DNA of 35,064 bases from contig JAJRYN010000158.1 of the NCBI GenBank assembly GCA_024275755.1, positions 1 to 35,064 of the forward strand, read 5' to 3'. Shown piece by piece: positions 1 through 10,499 of the stretch. The translations under genes were made by a program, and so were the position numbers. Position 1 is the stretch's first letter; each line of letters begins with the position of its first letter. Under the pieces are notes generated by a model. The model was not told the DNA's origin and made no database searches. It saw only the letters and a list, made by a program, of their open reading frames with translations. Origin of the DNA: an archaeon. Lineage in GTDB: Archaea; Thermoplasmatota; E2; UBA202; JdFR-43.

Positions 1-1
1 C

Positions 2-988
2 ATTTCTGGAAAGATAAAGGGAGCTGCTCTGTATTCTCCTTCTGGCAAAAAGGTTGCAATGGAAGGAGAGCAGATGGAAGGGTATGTGGTGGAGAGAAAA
101 ATATTTGAAAAGTGGCTGGCATCTGAAGCTATAAAAGCAGGAGCAAAGTATATGGTAAAAACACAGGCAATGGGAATGGAAAGAATCAATGGAAAATGGA
201 AAGTTAAGATAAAAAGTATTGAAGGCATGCAGGAAGTAGAAGCAAAACTCGTTATAGGAGCAGATGGGGTGGAAAGCAAAGTTGGAAGATGGGCAGGATT
301 GAATACTGTAAATAAAATTACTGATTATCACTCTGGCATTCAATTTGAAATGGCAAATGTGAAAATCAACGAAAAATACATCCACTTATTTTTTGGAAGA
401 GATGTTGCTCCATTAGGCTATGCATGGATATTTCCCAAAGCATTTTCTGCCAATGTTGGCTTAGGCATACTGGAAAAAGGGGCAAAAATGAAAGCATATG
501 ACTATTTGATCAAATTTATCAAAGAGCATGATGAAATTTTCAAAAATGCACAGCCTATCGAGATAAATGCTGGAGGTGTACCAGTAGCCCATTTTACAGA
601 AATGGTTGCTGACGGGGTCATGTTAGTAGGAGATGCAGCCCAGCTTGTAAATCCAATACATGGCGGAGGAATAACTCGAGCTATTCATTCTTCAATCATG
701 GCTATAGAAGTGGCAGATAAAGCTTTGAAAAAAGGAGATGTTTCAAGGGAAGTGCTTAAGGAATATGAGAAGATGTGGGATGAGGAATATGGGGAAAAGA
801 CAAAGAAGCTTATGAAATTAAGGGCTTTTCTTGAAAAGCTTGAGGATAAGGATTTTGAATTGCTGGCTGACATTTTGCAGGGAGAAGATATATATGCATT
901 GACTCAGGCGAAACTGAGTTTCCTGATTAAAAAGGTTGTGACAAAGCCTGCTTTGCTTGGCTTAGCGAAGAAATATCTCATGGATTAG
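2..988 (+). CDS. Digeranylgeranylglycerophospholipid (geranylgeranyl) reductase, 5'-partial
   Basis: Frame is open from the window start. GGR-family motifs VIGADGVES, GYAWIFPK and VGDAAQLVNPIHGGGI. Confidence 0.9.
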   Translation: MSGKIKGAALYSPSGKKVAMEGEQMEGYVVERKIFEKWLASEAIKAGAKYMVKTQAMGMERINGKWKVKIKSIEGMQEVEAKLVIGADGVESKVGRWAGLNTVNKITDYHSGIQFEMANVKINEKYIHLFFGRDVAPLGYAWIFPKAFSANVGLGILEKGAKMKAYDYLIKFIKEHDEIFKNAQPIEINAGGVPVAHFTEMVADGVMLVGDAAQLVNPIHGGGITRAIHSSIMAIEVADKALKKGDVSREVLKEYEKMWDEEYGEKTKKLMKLRAFLEKLEDKDFELLADILQGEDIYALTQAKLSFLIKKVVTKPALLGLAKKYLMD

Positions 989-1034
989 GAAAATAGGATA
1001 CTAAAACTTTTATTCTATTTTTCATTATTTAATC

Positions 1035-4000
1035 ATGATTAGAAAAGCTGTTGCATTATTTGCGGTATTGTTAATTTCTGGGATTTTTATTGAAGGCGGA
1101 AATTTTGTTATGAATGAAGACGAAATTTCTAATGGCTTTAACGGTATTTCATGGACTGAGGTTATTCCTATCAAAAAGGTTGCTTTTGTCGGTTTTGATG
1201 AGGAAAGTTATCTGGATGATTATGCATATCTTGCAGCCATACCTGCAACAACCTTTTATAAAAACAATAAATTATATTCATATCCTTTGCTTTTTTATGA
1301 GGAAAGAGAAATAAATGATAAGAAGGAGCTCACGTTAAATGCTAGCCAAGGAATAAAATATTTCATGGAAGATTGGCTTTCTTATTGCAATAATGTTGAA
1401 ATCGAATTAATAAATGCTGAAAATGCAAAAAAATGGGATGCACATTATTCCTACATAAATTCCACAAGCATATATGATGTTGCTGCCAAAATTGCGACAA
1501 AACACTGGTTGAATAGTAAAGAGTGCATGGTTGCGATAGCTGGTGATTTCTATAATGAGAGAAAGATCGATGGAGAAATGAGTACAGAAATTGGTGAGGC
1601 TGCCACTGATTCTTTTTCCATTTCTCTGCCAGAGCCAGAGGGAATAGGAGGTGTATACAAATCTTTTGAAATAAGAGAGCCGTATAAATATATAGAAGTT
1701 AAAGTCGAGTGGAACCCGTTGCTCAGAGGAAAAGATATTGATTTACAGCTTTATGATGATGCAATAGGGATGGTTGATGCATCAGAAAACTGGAATGCCT
1801 TGGCTGGAACATATGAAAGTGTTGAATCTTATATTTTTAATTATGGAACATGGGAAGTCGGCTTAACCAATATGCCCACCGAGGCAATAATGGAAAACAT
1901 ATCAGCAGAGATGTTTAAAGCAAGTAATAGAGAATATGAAGCAGAGATTTACTTATATCCTGGAAAAATAATTGATTTACCGTTCATAAATTTCTTGGCA
2001 AAAAACGTGAGCATAAATATAGAATGTAATAAGAATATCTCATTTGGTGCTTTGCTGCTCTCGGAGAAGAACATAGCATATGAAGCCTTTAAAGGTAAGG
2101 GGCAGCTAAAAATGCATTTCGATGAAATTGGAGGTGGCAATTACTCTATATGCATCTTTGTGATGGAGGACTCCAATAACCTGCAATTTAAGATTGACTA
2201 TGGATGGAATGAAGTCGATAGACAGCAAATAGATTCTTTTGCTTCTGCTTCCCAGGCAGCGATAATGGCTTCTTTAATGGATATTCCATTACTTTATGTT
2301 ACACCCGACAGTATTCCAAATGAAACAAAAAACGCAATGAAGGAATTAGGAGTGGAAAAGGTATATGTTGTGGGAAATTATCCTCACCAGCTGGAAGAAT
2401 TTGTTGAAGTTCAACATTACAGTTTGCAGGAAGCATATGAAAAAATTTATGAAATAACCGGTAGCAACGACGTTGTCTTTTCTTCTGCCAGCCCCTGGAG
2501 TTATTGGCTTGCTGAGGAACTCAAACAAAAAGGTGAAAAGGAGAAGGCACTTTATATTGCTCCTGCTACCTATGCTGCGCTACATCATGGATGTCCTCTT
2601 TTTATCGTTGAAGAACATAAAGAACTGAGTGAGGCAGCAAGCTGGGTAACTGATTTCTGGAAGAGAGATAGCAGGGCGAGGCAGCCGCCTTCGGTGGCAT
2701 GCATGTATCTGATGGCAAAACAGGTTTATGATTTTCTGATTGCTCTGGGTATAGATAAGGAGGGAAAAGAAGACATTCTTACTGTGGCTGGACAGTTTGA
2801 CATTGGTATAGGATGGGACAGAGCTTTTGTGGGGAAAGCTAACCCAGGCAGGATACTGGGCACTCCTGTCGACACGGCATACTGGATTTGCAGGAGCATT
2901 TTTTATCCTGCTTTAATTTTTCAGAATCCTGCTTTAAGAGAGGAGGGAATAACCTTGATAAATGGAAGTAAAAGCAGAAGAGACGCTCTGGGGAGACTTC
3001 ATATAATAAAGCCAAGTATGGAGGAACATTTTTATTATCCTGTATTGCAGACATGGGTCTCTTACTGTCATGAATTTAATAAAGAAGCAAGCAAGTATTG
3101 GGGGTGTAAATATACAACCAGGGATGGCATTACACCCTATGAAACACCCTCACCATACCGAATAGATGAAGGAGTTACTGACAAAGTTGGTGCATACTGG
3201 CCAGATATGAGTACTTCAGAGGTTGTCCCATTTTATCTGAAAAAACTTGGATATGCCAATGTTTTTTCAACCAATTTTACCGCTACAATGGATAATTTGA
3301 ATCGTGGAGCTATAATGTGGTTTGAGGGAATGCACGCCAGCCATGCAAGCTCGGGAGTAGTTGGATTCTGGGATCCAGATGCAAACTGGACAAAAATGTT
3401 CTATTACTTTAAGGATTTGCCACTTATAGGCAATGTTCTCAAAAACAAAAAAATAAATACAGAGCCAAACCCATGGCGCGGATACGAATTTGGACTATGG
3501 CGACAGGCATTTTTTAGATGGGGTATTGGCAGTAAAAGCACACAAATTTTCCAGACGGGTAGCACAGAAAATCCAGATGTAATTGTGATGGATAAATACA
3601 TTGGATGGGATTGGCGCGCGGGCATGTATGGCGATGGAGTCGTGATAGCCATATTGCAACAGGTTGCCACAGAAATAAAAACAGGATATGATATTGATGC
3701 CGCACTGAAAAATTTACATTCATGTGGCATAAATGCTGGCATATCATGCTATATTGCTGCCACATATCTCCACATAACCCTCATAAGGCATGGCTCAGTT
3801 TTCCAGATTATTGATCCATGGCTCACATCGTGGTATTGTAATTTTGCTGTAGAAATGTTTGCTCGATATCTTGCAATGGGCTATACTGCTGGAGAAGCGT
3901 ATGAAAAAGCAATAAGTCATGTTGGTATTGAATATCTGACAGGCAAGTGGTGGTGGGATATTTGTGAAAATGTATGTTATTTTGGCGATCCAAGCCTGAG

Positions 4001-4076
4001 AGTATGGAGTCCTGTATATTCGTGGGAAGAACCCGATGCCATTGAGCCTGAAATAATAGGAGAGCACGTCATTTAA
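1035..4076 (+). CDS. Large secreted protein with CWB2-like repeats and a C-terminal C25 (gingipain-like) peptidase-like domain
   Basis: N-terminal signal peptide; AIMASLMDIPLLYVT..IP...KELGVEKVYVVG repeat; candidate His (GMHAS) and Cys (GISC); terminal YFGDPSL motif. Confidence 0.65.
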   Translation: MIRKAVALFAVLLISGIFIEGGNFVMNEDEISNGFNGISWTEVIPIKKVAFVGFDEESYLDDYAYLAAIPATTFYKNNKLYSYPLLFYEEREINDKKELTLNASQGIKYFMEDWLSYCNNVEIELINAENAKKWDAHYSYINSTSIYDVAAKIATKHWLNSKECMVAIAGDFYNERKIDGEMSTEIGEAATDSFSISLPEPEGIGGVYKSFEIREPYKYIEVKVEWNPLLRGKDIDLQLYDDAIGMVDASENWNALAGTYESVESYIFNYGTWEVGLTNMPTEAIMENISAEMFKASNREYEAEIYLYPGKIIDLPFINFLAKNVSINIECNKNISFGALLLSEKNIAYEAFKGKGQLKMHFDEIGGGNYSICIFVMEDSNNLQFKIDYGWNEVDRQQIDSFASASQAAIMASLMDIPLLYVTPDSIPNETKNAMKELGVEKVYVVGNYPHQLEEFVEVQHYSLQEAYEKIYEITGSNDVVFSSASPWSYWLAEELKQKGEKEKALYIAPATYAALHHGCPLFIVEEHKELSEAASWVTDFWKRDSRARQPPSVACMYLMAKQVYDFLIALGIDKEGKEDILTVAGQFDIGIGWDRAFVGKANPGRILGTPVDTAYWICRSIFYPALIFQNPALREEGITLINGSKSRRDALGRLHIIKPSMEEHFYYPVLQTWVSYCHEFNKEASKYWGCKYTTRDGITPYETPSPYRIDEGVTDKVGAYWPDMSTSEVVPFYLKKLGYANVFSTNFTATMDNLNRGAIMWFEGMHASHASSGVVGFWDPDANWTKMFYYFKDLPLIGNVLKNKKINTEPNPWRGYEFGLWRQAFFRWGIGSKSTQIFQTGSTENPDVIVMDKYIGWDWRAGMYGDGVVIAILQQVATEIKTGYDIDAALKNLHSCGINAGISCYIAATYLHITLIRHGSVFQIIDPWLTSWYCNFAVEMFARYLAMGYTAGEAYEKAISHVGIEYLTGKWWWDICENVCYFGDPSLRVWSPVYSWEEPDAIEPEIIGEHVI

Positions 4077-4092
4077 ATATCTTTAATTCTCT

Positions 4093-4934
4093 GGTGCTGT
4101 TAACTTAACGAAATTTTTCGATAAAAATATGCACCCCACCCCATTGATTACATTTTGAGGTGAACAAAATGCGAGGGGATGGGGTGCAATTATTAAAATA
4201 CTTACTGAAAGAAAAATCTATCGTTATTAGAGAAAGAACACCAATTGAGATAATGTTATACAGCGTTTTCCTTTATCTTTGCAAACTTTCTCTAAGAGAT
4301 GTTGTAATGGCCATTCGTATTTTCGTTAAAAGAAGTAGAACTGCCATATGGAAATGGATACAGAAATTTGGCAATGTAGTTAAAGAACATATTGCAGATG
4401 AAATGCCCAATATTGTCGTCATTGATGAAACAATACTTCAGATAGGAGATACAAAATTCTGGTTCTGGTTTGTTCTGGATCCAGAGAACAAAAAGATAGT
4501 TCTTTTCATGATAAGCAGAAGTAGAACAGATTTTGCCTGTAAAAAACTTGTTTATAAAATGTGGGAAATGTATGGAAAATTACCATCTATAGCATTGACA
4601 GATGGTGGAGCATGGTATTCGATGCTAAGAAGATATGGAATCCAGCATGAAATTATTTCTGGAGGAATTAGAAACTATATTGAAAGAGTTATTGAAACAA
4701 TAAAAGATAGAACTAGAATCTTTGACCATTATTTCCCAAGTAAAAGATGGAAAATGATGCATGTTGAATTGTGGTTATCTCTTTACATTTTCTATTACAA
4801 CTGGATACGGAGTCATTTGAGTTTATCAAATAATTCTCCTGTTTTCCATAGCAGGAAAATAAAAATAGAAAATGAATACGAAAGATTTATAGTAGCATTG
4901 CAGGAGGTGCTGCAATGCTAAAGTTAACAGCACC
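4093..4934 (+). mobile_element. IS6-family insertion sequence (842 bp)
   Basis: Perfect 14-bp terminal inverted repeats GGTGCTGTTAACTT (4093-4106) and AAGTTAACAGCACC (4921-4934) around a single DDE transposase. No 8-bp target duplication seen. Confidence 0.88.
4169..4921 (+). CDS. IS6-family DDE transposase
   Basis: HTH (LSLRDV..RSRTAIWKWIQK) and DDE motifs VIDET, LTDGG, NYIER. ATG 4169 follows SD GAGGTGA; GTG 4160 is an alternative start. Confidence 0.88.
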   Translation: MRGDGVQLLKYLLKEKSIVIRERTPIEIMLYSVFLYLCKLSLRDVVMAIRIFVKRSRTAIWKWIQKFGNVVKEHIADEMPNIVVIDETILQIGDTKFWFWFVLDPENKKIVLFMISRSRTDFACKKLVYKMWEMYGKLPSIALTDGGAWYSMLRRYGIQHEIISGGIRNYIERVIETIKDRTRIFDHYFPSKRWKMMHVELWLSLYIFYYNWIRSHLSLSNNSPVFHSRKIKIENEYERFIVALQEVLQC

Positions 4935-5030
4935 CTGCGATGGACATAAATACTTTTTTGTTGGTTTATCACTACTCATTACATAATTTATATAATATCT
5001 ATACAACATAAATTCAGTATAGCCATATAC

Positions 5031-5876
5031 TCAACTAATATATTTTTTCTTGTTGTTTTCGATGATGAAGAGCTTTCCTTTTCTTTTCGCTTTTGCTGCT
5101 TTTCTTCGCTGCACCTCATTGAATTCTTCTATGCTTATTATTGCCTCATGCTCCCCTTTAAAAATGAAATCTTCCCATTCCATCAAACCACAGTAAACTG
5201 GATTGGAGAGAATGCGAGATATTGTTTTTCTATCCCACCTGCCACCTTTCTTCGTTCTTATTCCTCGCCTGTTAAGCTCATCAGCTATGTCTTTCATGCT
5301 CATGCCATCAACATACATCTCAAATATCTCTCTCGCAACTCTCAACTCCTTTTCCACACCCCGCAACATCCCTCCATCATATTCATAGCCATATGGCGCT
5401 GGCGAGCCAAGCAAACCCTTGCCTTGCTTTGCTTTTTGGCGCATGCCGTCATAGACGCGCTCACCAATCTGCTCGCTTTCCAACTGGGCTATACGCTGTA
5501 TAATGTCCATGACAAATCTTCCCATCGCCGTGGATGTATCCAAACTTTCTGTCATTGAAACGAATTCTTTATTTTTGTTTCGCAACTCTTCCATCATGAG
5601 CATGAAATTTTTTGAATTTCTGTGTATACGATCCATTTTCATCACAAGCAGCACATCCCATTTATCAATGTCCTCCATCATTTTTTGGTAAGCAGGACGG
5701 CGAATATCACGCCCGCTGTAGCCATCATCAACATACTCGCCAGCTATCTCCCAGCCTCTCGCCTTGCAGTAGCTACGCAGCTTCTCTAGCTGACTATCCA
5801 GGCTAAAGCCCTCTTTCGCCTGGTCTTCAGTGCTGACACGAGCATAAATCGCAACTTTTTTTACTCCATTCTCCAT
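5031..5876 (-). CDS. Serine recombinase (resolvase catalytic domain plus recombinase DNA-binding domain)
   Basis: YARVSTEDQ catalytic Ser motif, DDGYSG, DRIHRN, PYGY, ILSNPVYCG, HEAIIS. No zinc ribbon. Confidence 0.92.
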   Translation of the reverse strand: MENGVKKVAIYARVSTEDQAKEGFSLDSQLEKLRSYCKARGWEIAGEYVDDGYSGRDIRRPAYQKMMEDIDKWDVLLVMKMDRIHRNSKNFMLMMEELRNKNKEFVSMTESLDTSTAMGRFVMDIIQRIAQLESEQIGERVYDGMRQKAKQGKGLLGSPAPYGYEYDGGMLRGVEKELRVAREIFEMYVDGMSMKDIADELNRRGIRTKKGGRWDRKTISRILSNPVYCGLMEWEDFIFKGEHEAIISIEEFNEVQRRKAAKAKRKGKLFIIENNKKKYIS

Positions 5877-5878
5877 TT

Positions 5879-5912
5879 TATCGTGGCCATCGGTCTACCG
5901 TTAGCCACAATA
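5879..5912. promoter_or_regulatory. 34-bp imperfect palindrome, candidate recombinase binding or crossover site
   Basis: TATCGTGGCCATCGGT-CT-ACCGTTAGCCACAATA: 16-bp arms (13/16 match) around a 2-bp core, 2 nt upstream of the recombinase ATG. Confidence 0.55.
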
Positions 5913-6112
5913 TTTTGACAGCATATAAGTTTTATCAAATTTTTCAGGCAAAAATTTTGGATTGAAACGCTCATTGGCTGCATTGTCAGCATGCAAAAAT
6001 TTTTTAATTTTGCTGAAAACATTATTAAGTTTATGTAGTATCTAAACACCATTTATTTTATCATCTCGATGCCTAAACCAAAACAAAATAACTTATTTTT
6101 TCATTTTGCATT

Positions 6113-6766
6113 GTGTTCGAAAAAGTGAAGGAGGCAATAAATCCATATTCCAACCCAGCTGAGAAGTATGACAAGGCAGCAGACTTTTATCACTTAATAA
6201 TGGGTGTGTGGGAAATAAAGGCAAATAGAGAAGCGATGAAAATGGCTGATTTAAAGCCGGGCGAGATTTTTCTTGATCTGGCAGCAGGTACTGGCTGGGT
6301 GTTTAAAAGACTGCTTGAAAAGGCAGAAGGCCTAGCAGTCGATTTTTCATGGAACATGTGCAGACATTGCAAAAATTATGGCAACGTTATCCAAGCAAAT
6401 GCTCTGTCTTTACCATTCAAAGACGAATGCTTTGATGTGGTCTTTTCCAGCTTTTTGCTCGATCTCCTGCCTTTAAACAAAATCCAGATTGCCATAACGG
6501 AAATGAAGAGAGTCGTCAAAAAAGGGGGCAGAATTGTTGCCGTTGCATTAAGCAAAGAAGGCAGAGGCATAGCTAAAGCAGCTCGCATTCTTTACGAAAT
6601 TTTTTATGATTTCTGGCCAACAATAGGCGGCTACAGGGCAAGCAGCCGCCCAATCTATCTGCAACACGAAATAAAAAAGGCTGGCCTGAAAATTGTTGAG
6701 AACAAACTAACAAAAATTCCGCTTTTTCAATTTCCCATGGAGATATGCATTGCACAAAAGCCATAA
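6113..6766 (+). CDS. Class I SAM-dependent methyltransferase (UbiE-like)
   Basis: FLDLAAGTG, LPFKDECFDVV and EMKRVVKKGG motifs. Confidence 0.88.
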   Translation: MFEKVKEAINPYSNPAEKYDKAADFYHLIMGVWEIKANREAMKMADLKPGEIFLDLAAGTGWVFKRLLEKAEGLAVDFSWNMCRHCKNYGNVIQANALSLPFKDECFDVVFSSFLLDLLPLNKIQIAITEMKRVVKKGGRIVAVALSKEGRGIAKAARILYEIFYDFWPTIGGYRASSRPIYLQHEIKKAGLKIVENKLTKIPLFQFPMEICIAQKP

Positions 6767-6860
6767 TTTTGGCTGGAACCCCCCTAGTTTCTGTGTAAAA
6801 TTTGCCATTTTATTAAATGCAGTGTGATAGCATATAACACTAAAATTAATTTAAAGCTTT

Positions 6861-7433
6861 ATGTTTATTCCCATGCAAAAAAGCAAAAGAGCGCACGACA
6901 AACTATTCATACTGGCGGAGAAGATGCTATCATCTACTTTCCTCCGGCATGCCTACATAAATTTTTTTGAGAGAGCAACACTGGAGGAATTTGAAATGGC
7001 TGGTATAAAAAAGGGGCATAATGTGCTGCATATTGGTTGCGGGCCATTGCCCAATACCATCATAAGCCTGGCAAAGAATATTGATGCAAATTATGTTGGC
7101 ATCGATAAGGATGCAGAAGCTGTTGAGATAGCAAGAAAAATTGTCAAAGAATATGGCCTTAAAAATGTCATAATTGAGGAAGGAGATGCATTGAGCTACC
7201 CTGTAAAAGATTTTGATTTCATAATAATCTCATTTGGGGTGGAACCAAAAGAAAAAGTTTTTGAAAGATTGAGGAAGGAAATGAAAGAGGATGCAAAAAT
7301 AGTTTACAGGAAAACATGGGATTTCATGGATGCCATATATGGAAGAAAGGATTTTTTGCCCTTTGGATTCAAAGTTGTGGCATTTCATAACAGGAGAGAC
7401 TTCATTAAATCCTATCTCCTAGAAAAAGTTTAA
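6861..7433 (+). CDS. SAM-dependent transferase with a nicotianamine-synthase-like Rossmann domain
   Basis: VLHIGCGPLPNT resembles the NAS motif IGSGPLP; also YVGIDKD and EGDA. Start may be the second Met (6873). Confidence 0.7.
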   Translation: MFIPMQKSKRAHDKLFILAEKMLSSTFLRHAYINFFERATLEEFEMAGIKKGHNVLHIGCGPLPNTIISLAKNIDANYVGIDKDAEAVEIARKIVKEYGLKNVIIEEGDALSYPVKDFDFIIISFGVEPKEKVFERLRKEMKEDAKIVYRKTWDFMDAIYGRKDFLPFGFKVVAFHNRRDFIKSYLLEKV

Positions 7434-7485
7434 ATTAAATGTATATTTAGTATATGTTGTTTATTTACTATATATATTAAGTAAA

Positions 7486-8541
7486 CTAAATCACAATCCT
7501 TTTTCTTATTGCAATACCGGAGCCGGCGATAACGCTTATCCATCCAGCAAATTTTTTATCTAGAGATCTGTCGCCAGTATCAACATATAAAAAAGGAGTT
7601 TGCATCAATTTTTGAGGAGTTGCAACCACAATTATATTTTTTATTCCTACTTTCTCAATCACCCTGCTGCTTATTTGCTGATTTCCTCTGCCAAAAATGA
7701 ATCCTTCACCACCTATAGGACTTACAATTATTCTTGCTCTTTTTCCTTCTATCGCCTTTAAAATTTCTTCCTCATTTGCATCTCTTGCTATTATTTTTCC
7801 GTTTTCAACGATATCTACACCCAGTAATGTTTTTTCTATGCCCATCTCGTCTGCTATTGCCTTTACTGTACTTCCTGGCCCAAGAACATAGGTTCCTTCT
7901 TTACATATCAAAGCCATAAATTTTGCAATTCCTCTCTTTGCTTCATTCTCTCCTCCAAAAATTCTCTTTCCATTCTGAAGGAAATTTTTTATCGCTGGAC
8001 ATAAAGCATATCCAAAAAGTTTTATTTTCAACGTATCTTGACGAAATGCTACCTCATCAATATCCATTATTTCTCTTTCTACTCTTTCAGCTTTTCCTTC
8101 CATAAATGCATTTACAATTTCTAGGGCTTTATTCACATTTATTGCAAATACTCCAGAATACATTTTAACGCCAGCTGGGATACCTAAGATGGGCACCTTT
8201 TTACTAACTGCATTATAAACATCTCTTGCAGTTCCATCGCCACCAACAAATACAATTAAATCAGCGCCATGCTTCAAAAATTTCCTGCAGGCTTTTATTG
8301 TATCATCAGCGCTTGTCTTCTTCGGTGTTTTATAAATAATTTTTCCATCGATGTAATCTGCTCCCATCGTAGATGAACATGTTATAACATTTGCATCCAG
8401 AAATTTGCAGAATTCAGCAGCTTTTGCAGGAGCAACTGGAGTCCCTCCTCTCTTCAATGCTTCCTCCACATCATCGCTTCCTTTTAAGCCGACTTTGCCA
8501 CCTATGCCTGCTATCGGGTTAACAACAAATCCTATATGCAT
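7486..8541 (-). CDS. ATP-NAD kinase family protein (COG3199-like)
   Basis: [41 protein letters not shown]. Confidence 0.88.
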   Translation of the reverse strand: MHIGFVVNPIAGIGGKVGLKGSDDVEEALKRGGTPVAPAKAAEFCKFLDANVITCSSTMGADYIDGKIIYKTPKKTSADDTIKACRKFLKHGADLIVFVGGDGTARDVYNAVSKKVPILGIPAGVKMYSGVFAINVNKALEIVNAFMEGKAERVEREIMDIDEVAFRQDTLKIKLFGYALCPAIKNFLQNGKRIFGGENEAKRGIAKFMALICKEGTYVLGPGSTVKAIADEMGIEKTLLGVDIVENGKIIARDANEEEILKAIEGKRARIIVSPIGGEGFIFGRGNQQISSRVIEKVGIKNIIVVATPQKLMQTPFLYVDTGDRSLDKKFAGWISVIAGSGIAIRKRIVI

Positions 8542-9878
8542 GGTAAACGCTGTATTGCCTCTCTTATTAATTCCTCAGGGTATTCATAATCCTGCAACAT
8601 ACCATTATTGTATAAGTCATATGCTGCCAGATCAAAGTGGCCATGTCCGCTGTTAACAAAACATATCACCTTTTCTTCTTTCTTTTTCCTGCATCTTATT
8701 GCTTCATCTATTGCAGCTTTTAAACCATGAGCTGTTTCAGGTGCAACAACAAATCCTTCTGTTTGGGCAAAAATTTTTGCAGCTTCAAAAACTTCATTCT
8801 GATAATAAGCTCTTGCCTCCACAATGCCTTCATCGACAAGCTTGCACAGCAATGGCGCATCCCCATGGTAGCGAAGCCCTCCAGCATGTATAGCAGGAGG
8901 AATGAAATCATGGCCAAGTGTATGCATTTTGAGCAAGGGTGTCTGCTGAGCTGTATCACCAAAATCATATGCATATATTCCTTTGGTCAATGTTGGACAT
9001 GCCATTGGCTCTGCTGCAATGAATTTTATTTCTTCACCCTTCATCTTATCTGGAACAAATGGAAATATTCCACCAGAGAAATTGCTCCCTCCTCCAACGC
9101 ATCCACATATTACATCTGGCTTCAAATCAAGCATATCAAACTGCTTTTTCATTTCCAGGCCAATAATTGTCTGATGCAGAACAACATGATTTAAAACTGA
9201 GCCAAGAGAATATTTTGTATTTTCATGCTTGATTGCATCTTCTATTGCTTCACTTATAGCAATGCCCAGGCTTCCAGCTGTAGATGGCATTTCCTGCCTC
9301 ACTTTTCTGCCAAATTCTGTTTTATCACTCGGGCTTGGTATAACTTCAGCGCCCCACGTCTGCATCAATATGCGGCGATATGGCTTTTGTTCGTAGCTGC
9401 ATTTAACCATATAAACTGTGCATTTTAAGCCAAAGAATCTGCAGGCAAAAGCCAAGGCAGAGCCCCACTGCCCGGCTCCTGTTTCAGTTGTGAGGCGCTC
9501 TACACCCTCCTTTGCATTGTAATATGCTTGTGCAACAGATGTATTTGGTTTATGGCTTCCTGGGGGGCTCACTCCCTCCCATTTATAAAATATTTTTGCA
9601 GGTGTTTTCAGAAACTTTTCCAAGCCTATCGCCCTATACAAAGGGGTGGGCCTCCATATCCTGTATATCTCTTTTACTTCCTCCGGTATCCTTATCCATC
9701 TATCCTTGCTCATCTCCTGTTTTATCAGTGCCTTAGGAAAAATTGGCTCCATATCCTCTGGCTTCAATGGCTCTAGTGTTGCAGGATGTAAAGGAGGGGG
9801 AATTTCTATATCTGCCTGTATGTTGTACCATTTATCTGGCATATCTTCCTCTTCAAGCAATATTTTCCTTTCTTCCAT
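8532..9878 (-). CDS. trpB2: TrpB2, stand-alone tryptophan synthase beta-like PLP enzyme
   Basis: GSHKPN (PLP Lys), [38 protein letters not shown] 9878 preferred over TTG 9896. Confidence 0.93.
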   Translation of the reverse strand: MEERKILLEEEDMPDKWYNIQADIEIPPPLHPATLEPLKPEDMEPIFPKALIKQEMSKDRWIRIPEEVKEIYRIWRPTPLYRAIGLEKFLKTPAKIFYKWEGVSPPGSHKPNTSVAQAYYNAKEGVERLTTETGAGQWGSALAFACRFFGLKCTVYMVKCSYEQKPYRRILMQTWGAEVIPSPSDKTEFGRKVRQEMPSTAGSLGIAISEAIEDAIKHENTKYSLGSVLNHVVLHQTIIGLEMKKQFDMLDLKPDVICGCVGGGSNFSGGIFPFVPDKMKGEEIKFIAAEPMACPTLTKGIYAYDFGDTAQQTPLLKMHTLGHDFIPPAIHAGGLRYHGDAPLLCKLVDEGIVEARAYYQNEVFEAAKIFAQTEGFVVAPETAHGLKAAIDEAIRCRKKKEEKVICFVNSGHGHFDLAAYDLYNNGMLQDYEYPEELIREAIQRLPCI

Positions 9879-9984
9879 GAGAAGATATATTTGCAAAGTA
9901 TATAAAATTTTGTATAAAATTGTCCTTCAATGCATAAAATTATACATTATAGCAAAATTCTTATTCTCTGCCACATATTATATT

Positions 9985-10488
9985 ATGTGGAAAAAAATTC
10001 TAATGAAATATTTCAGGAAGTATCCTGCTCAGCAGAAAATAGCACAACTCCTTCTTTCATATGGGTTGTGTGTTAAAAATGGAAGGGTTTATTGCGGAGA
10101 TATTGAGCTTTCTTTCTCAAAAATTGCTAGGGCTGCTGGAGTTGATAGAAGAGCTGTTATGAAAACAGTTGAAACAATTGAAGGGAAAAGGGAATTGAGA
10201 AAGATTTTTTCTCTGCTGCAACCAACATGCAATTTTAAAGAGTTGGCTCCTGAGATGAAATGGGGTGTTGTAGAAATAATTCCCACCGATGCTTCCATGC
10301 CAGGAATACTCGCGGATGTGGCAAAAATACTGGCAGATGAAAAGATAAGTATTCGCCAGGCAAATGTTGATGATTATATGATAACGGAAGAGCCAAAACT
10401 TTTTATTGTAACAGAAAAAGCATTGCCCACTCATTTAATAAAAAAACTTGGAAAAGCAAAGGGAGTAAAAGGGGTTACTGTATATTAA
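9985..10488 (+). CDS. ACT-domain predicted regulator of amino acid metabolism (COG2150-like)
   Basis: YPAQQKIAQLLLSYGL, HTH IARAAGVDRRAV, ACT motif PGILADVAKILADEKISIRQ. Start moved to ATG 9985. Confidence 0.87.
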   Translation: MWKKILMKYFRKYPAQQKIAQLLLSYGLCVKNGRVYCGDIELSFSKIARAAGVDRRAVMKTVETIEGKRELRKIFSLLQPTCNFKELAPEMKWGVVEIIPTDASMPGILADVAKILADEKISIRQANVDDYMITEEPKLFIVTEKALPTHLIKKLGKAKGVKGVTVY

Positions 10489-10499
10489 AAAATAAAAAG

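Noticed and set aside
4093-7433. Provirus or composite transposon made of IS6, recombinase and methyltransferases
   Set aside because: No second IS copy, attL/attR direct repeats, or viral or replication genes seen.
9646-9984. N-terminal extension of the ACT regulator ORF
   Set aside because: It is antisense to trpB2; family similarity begins at ATG 9985.
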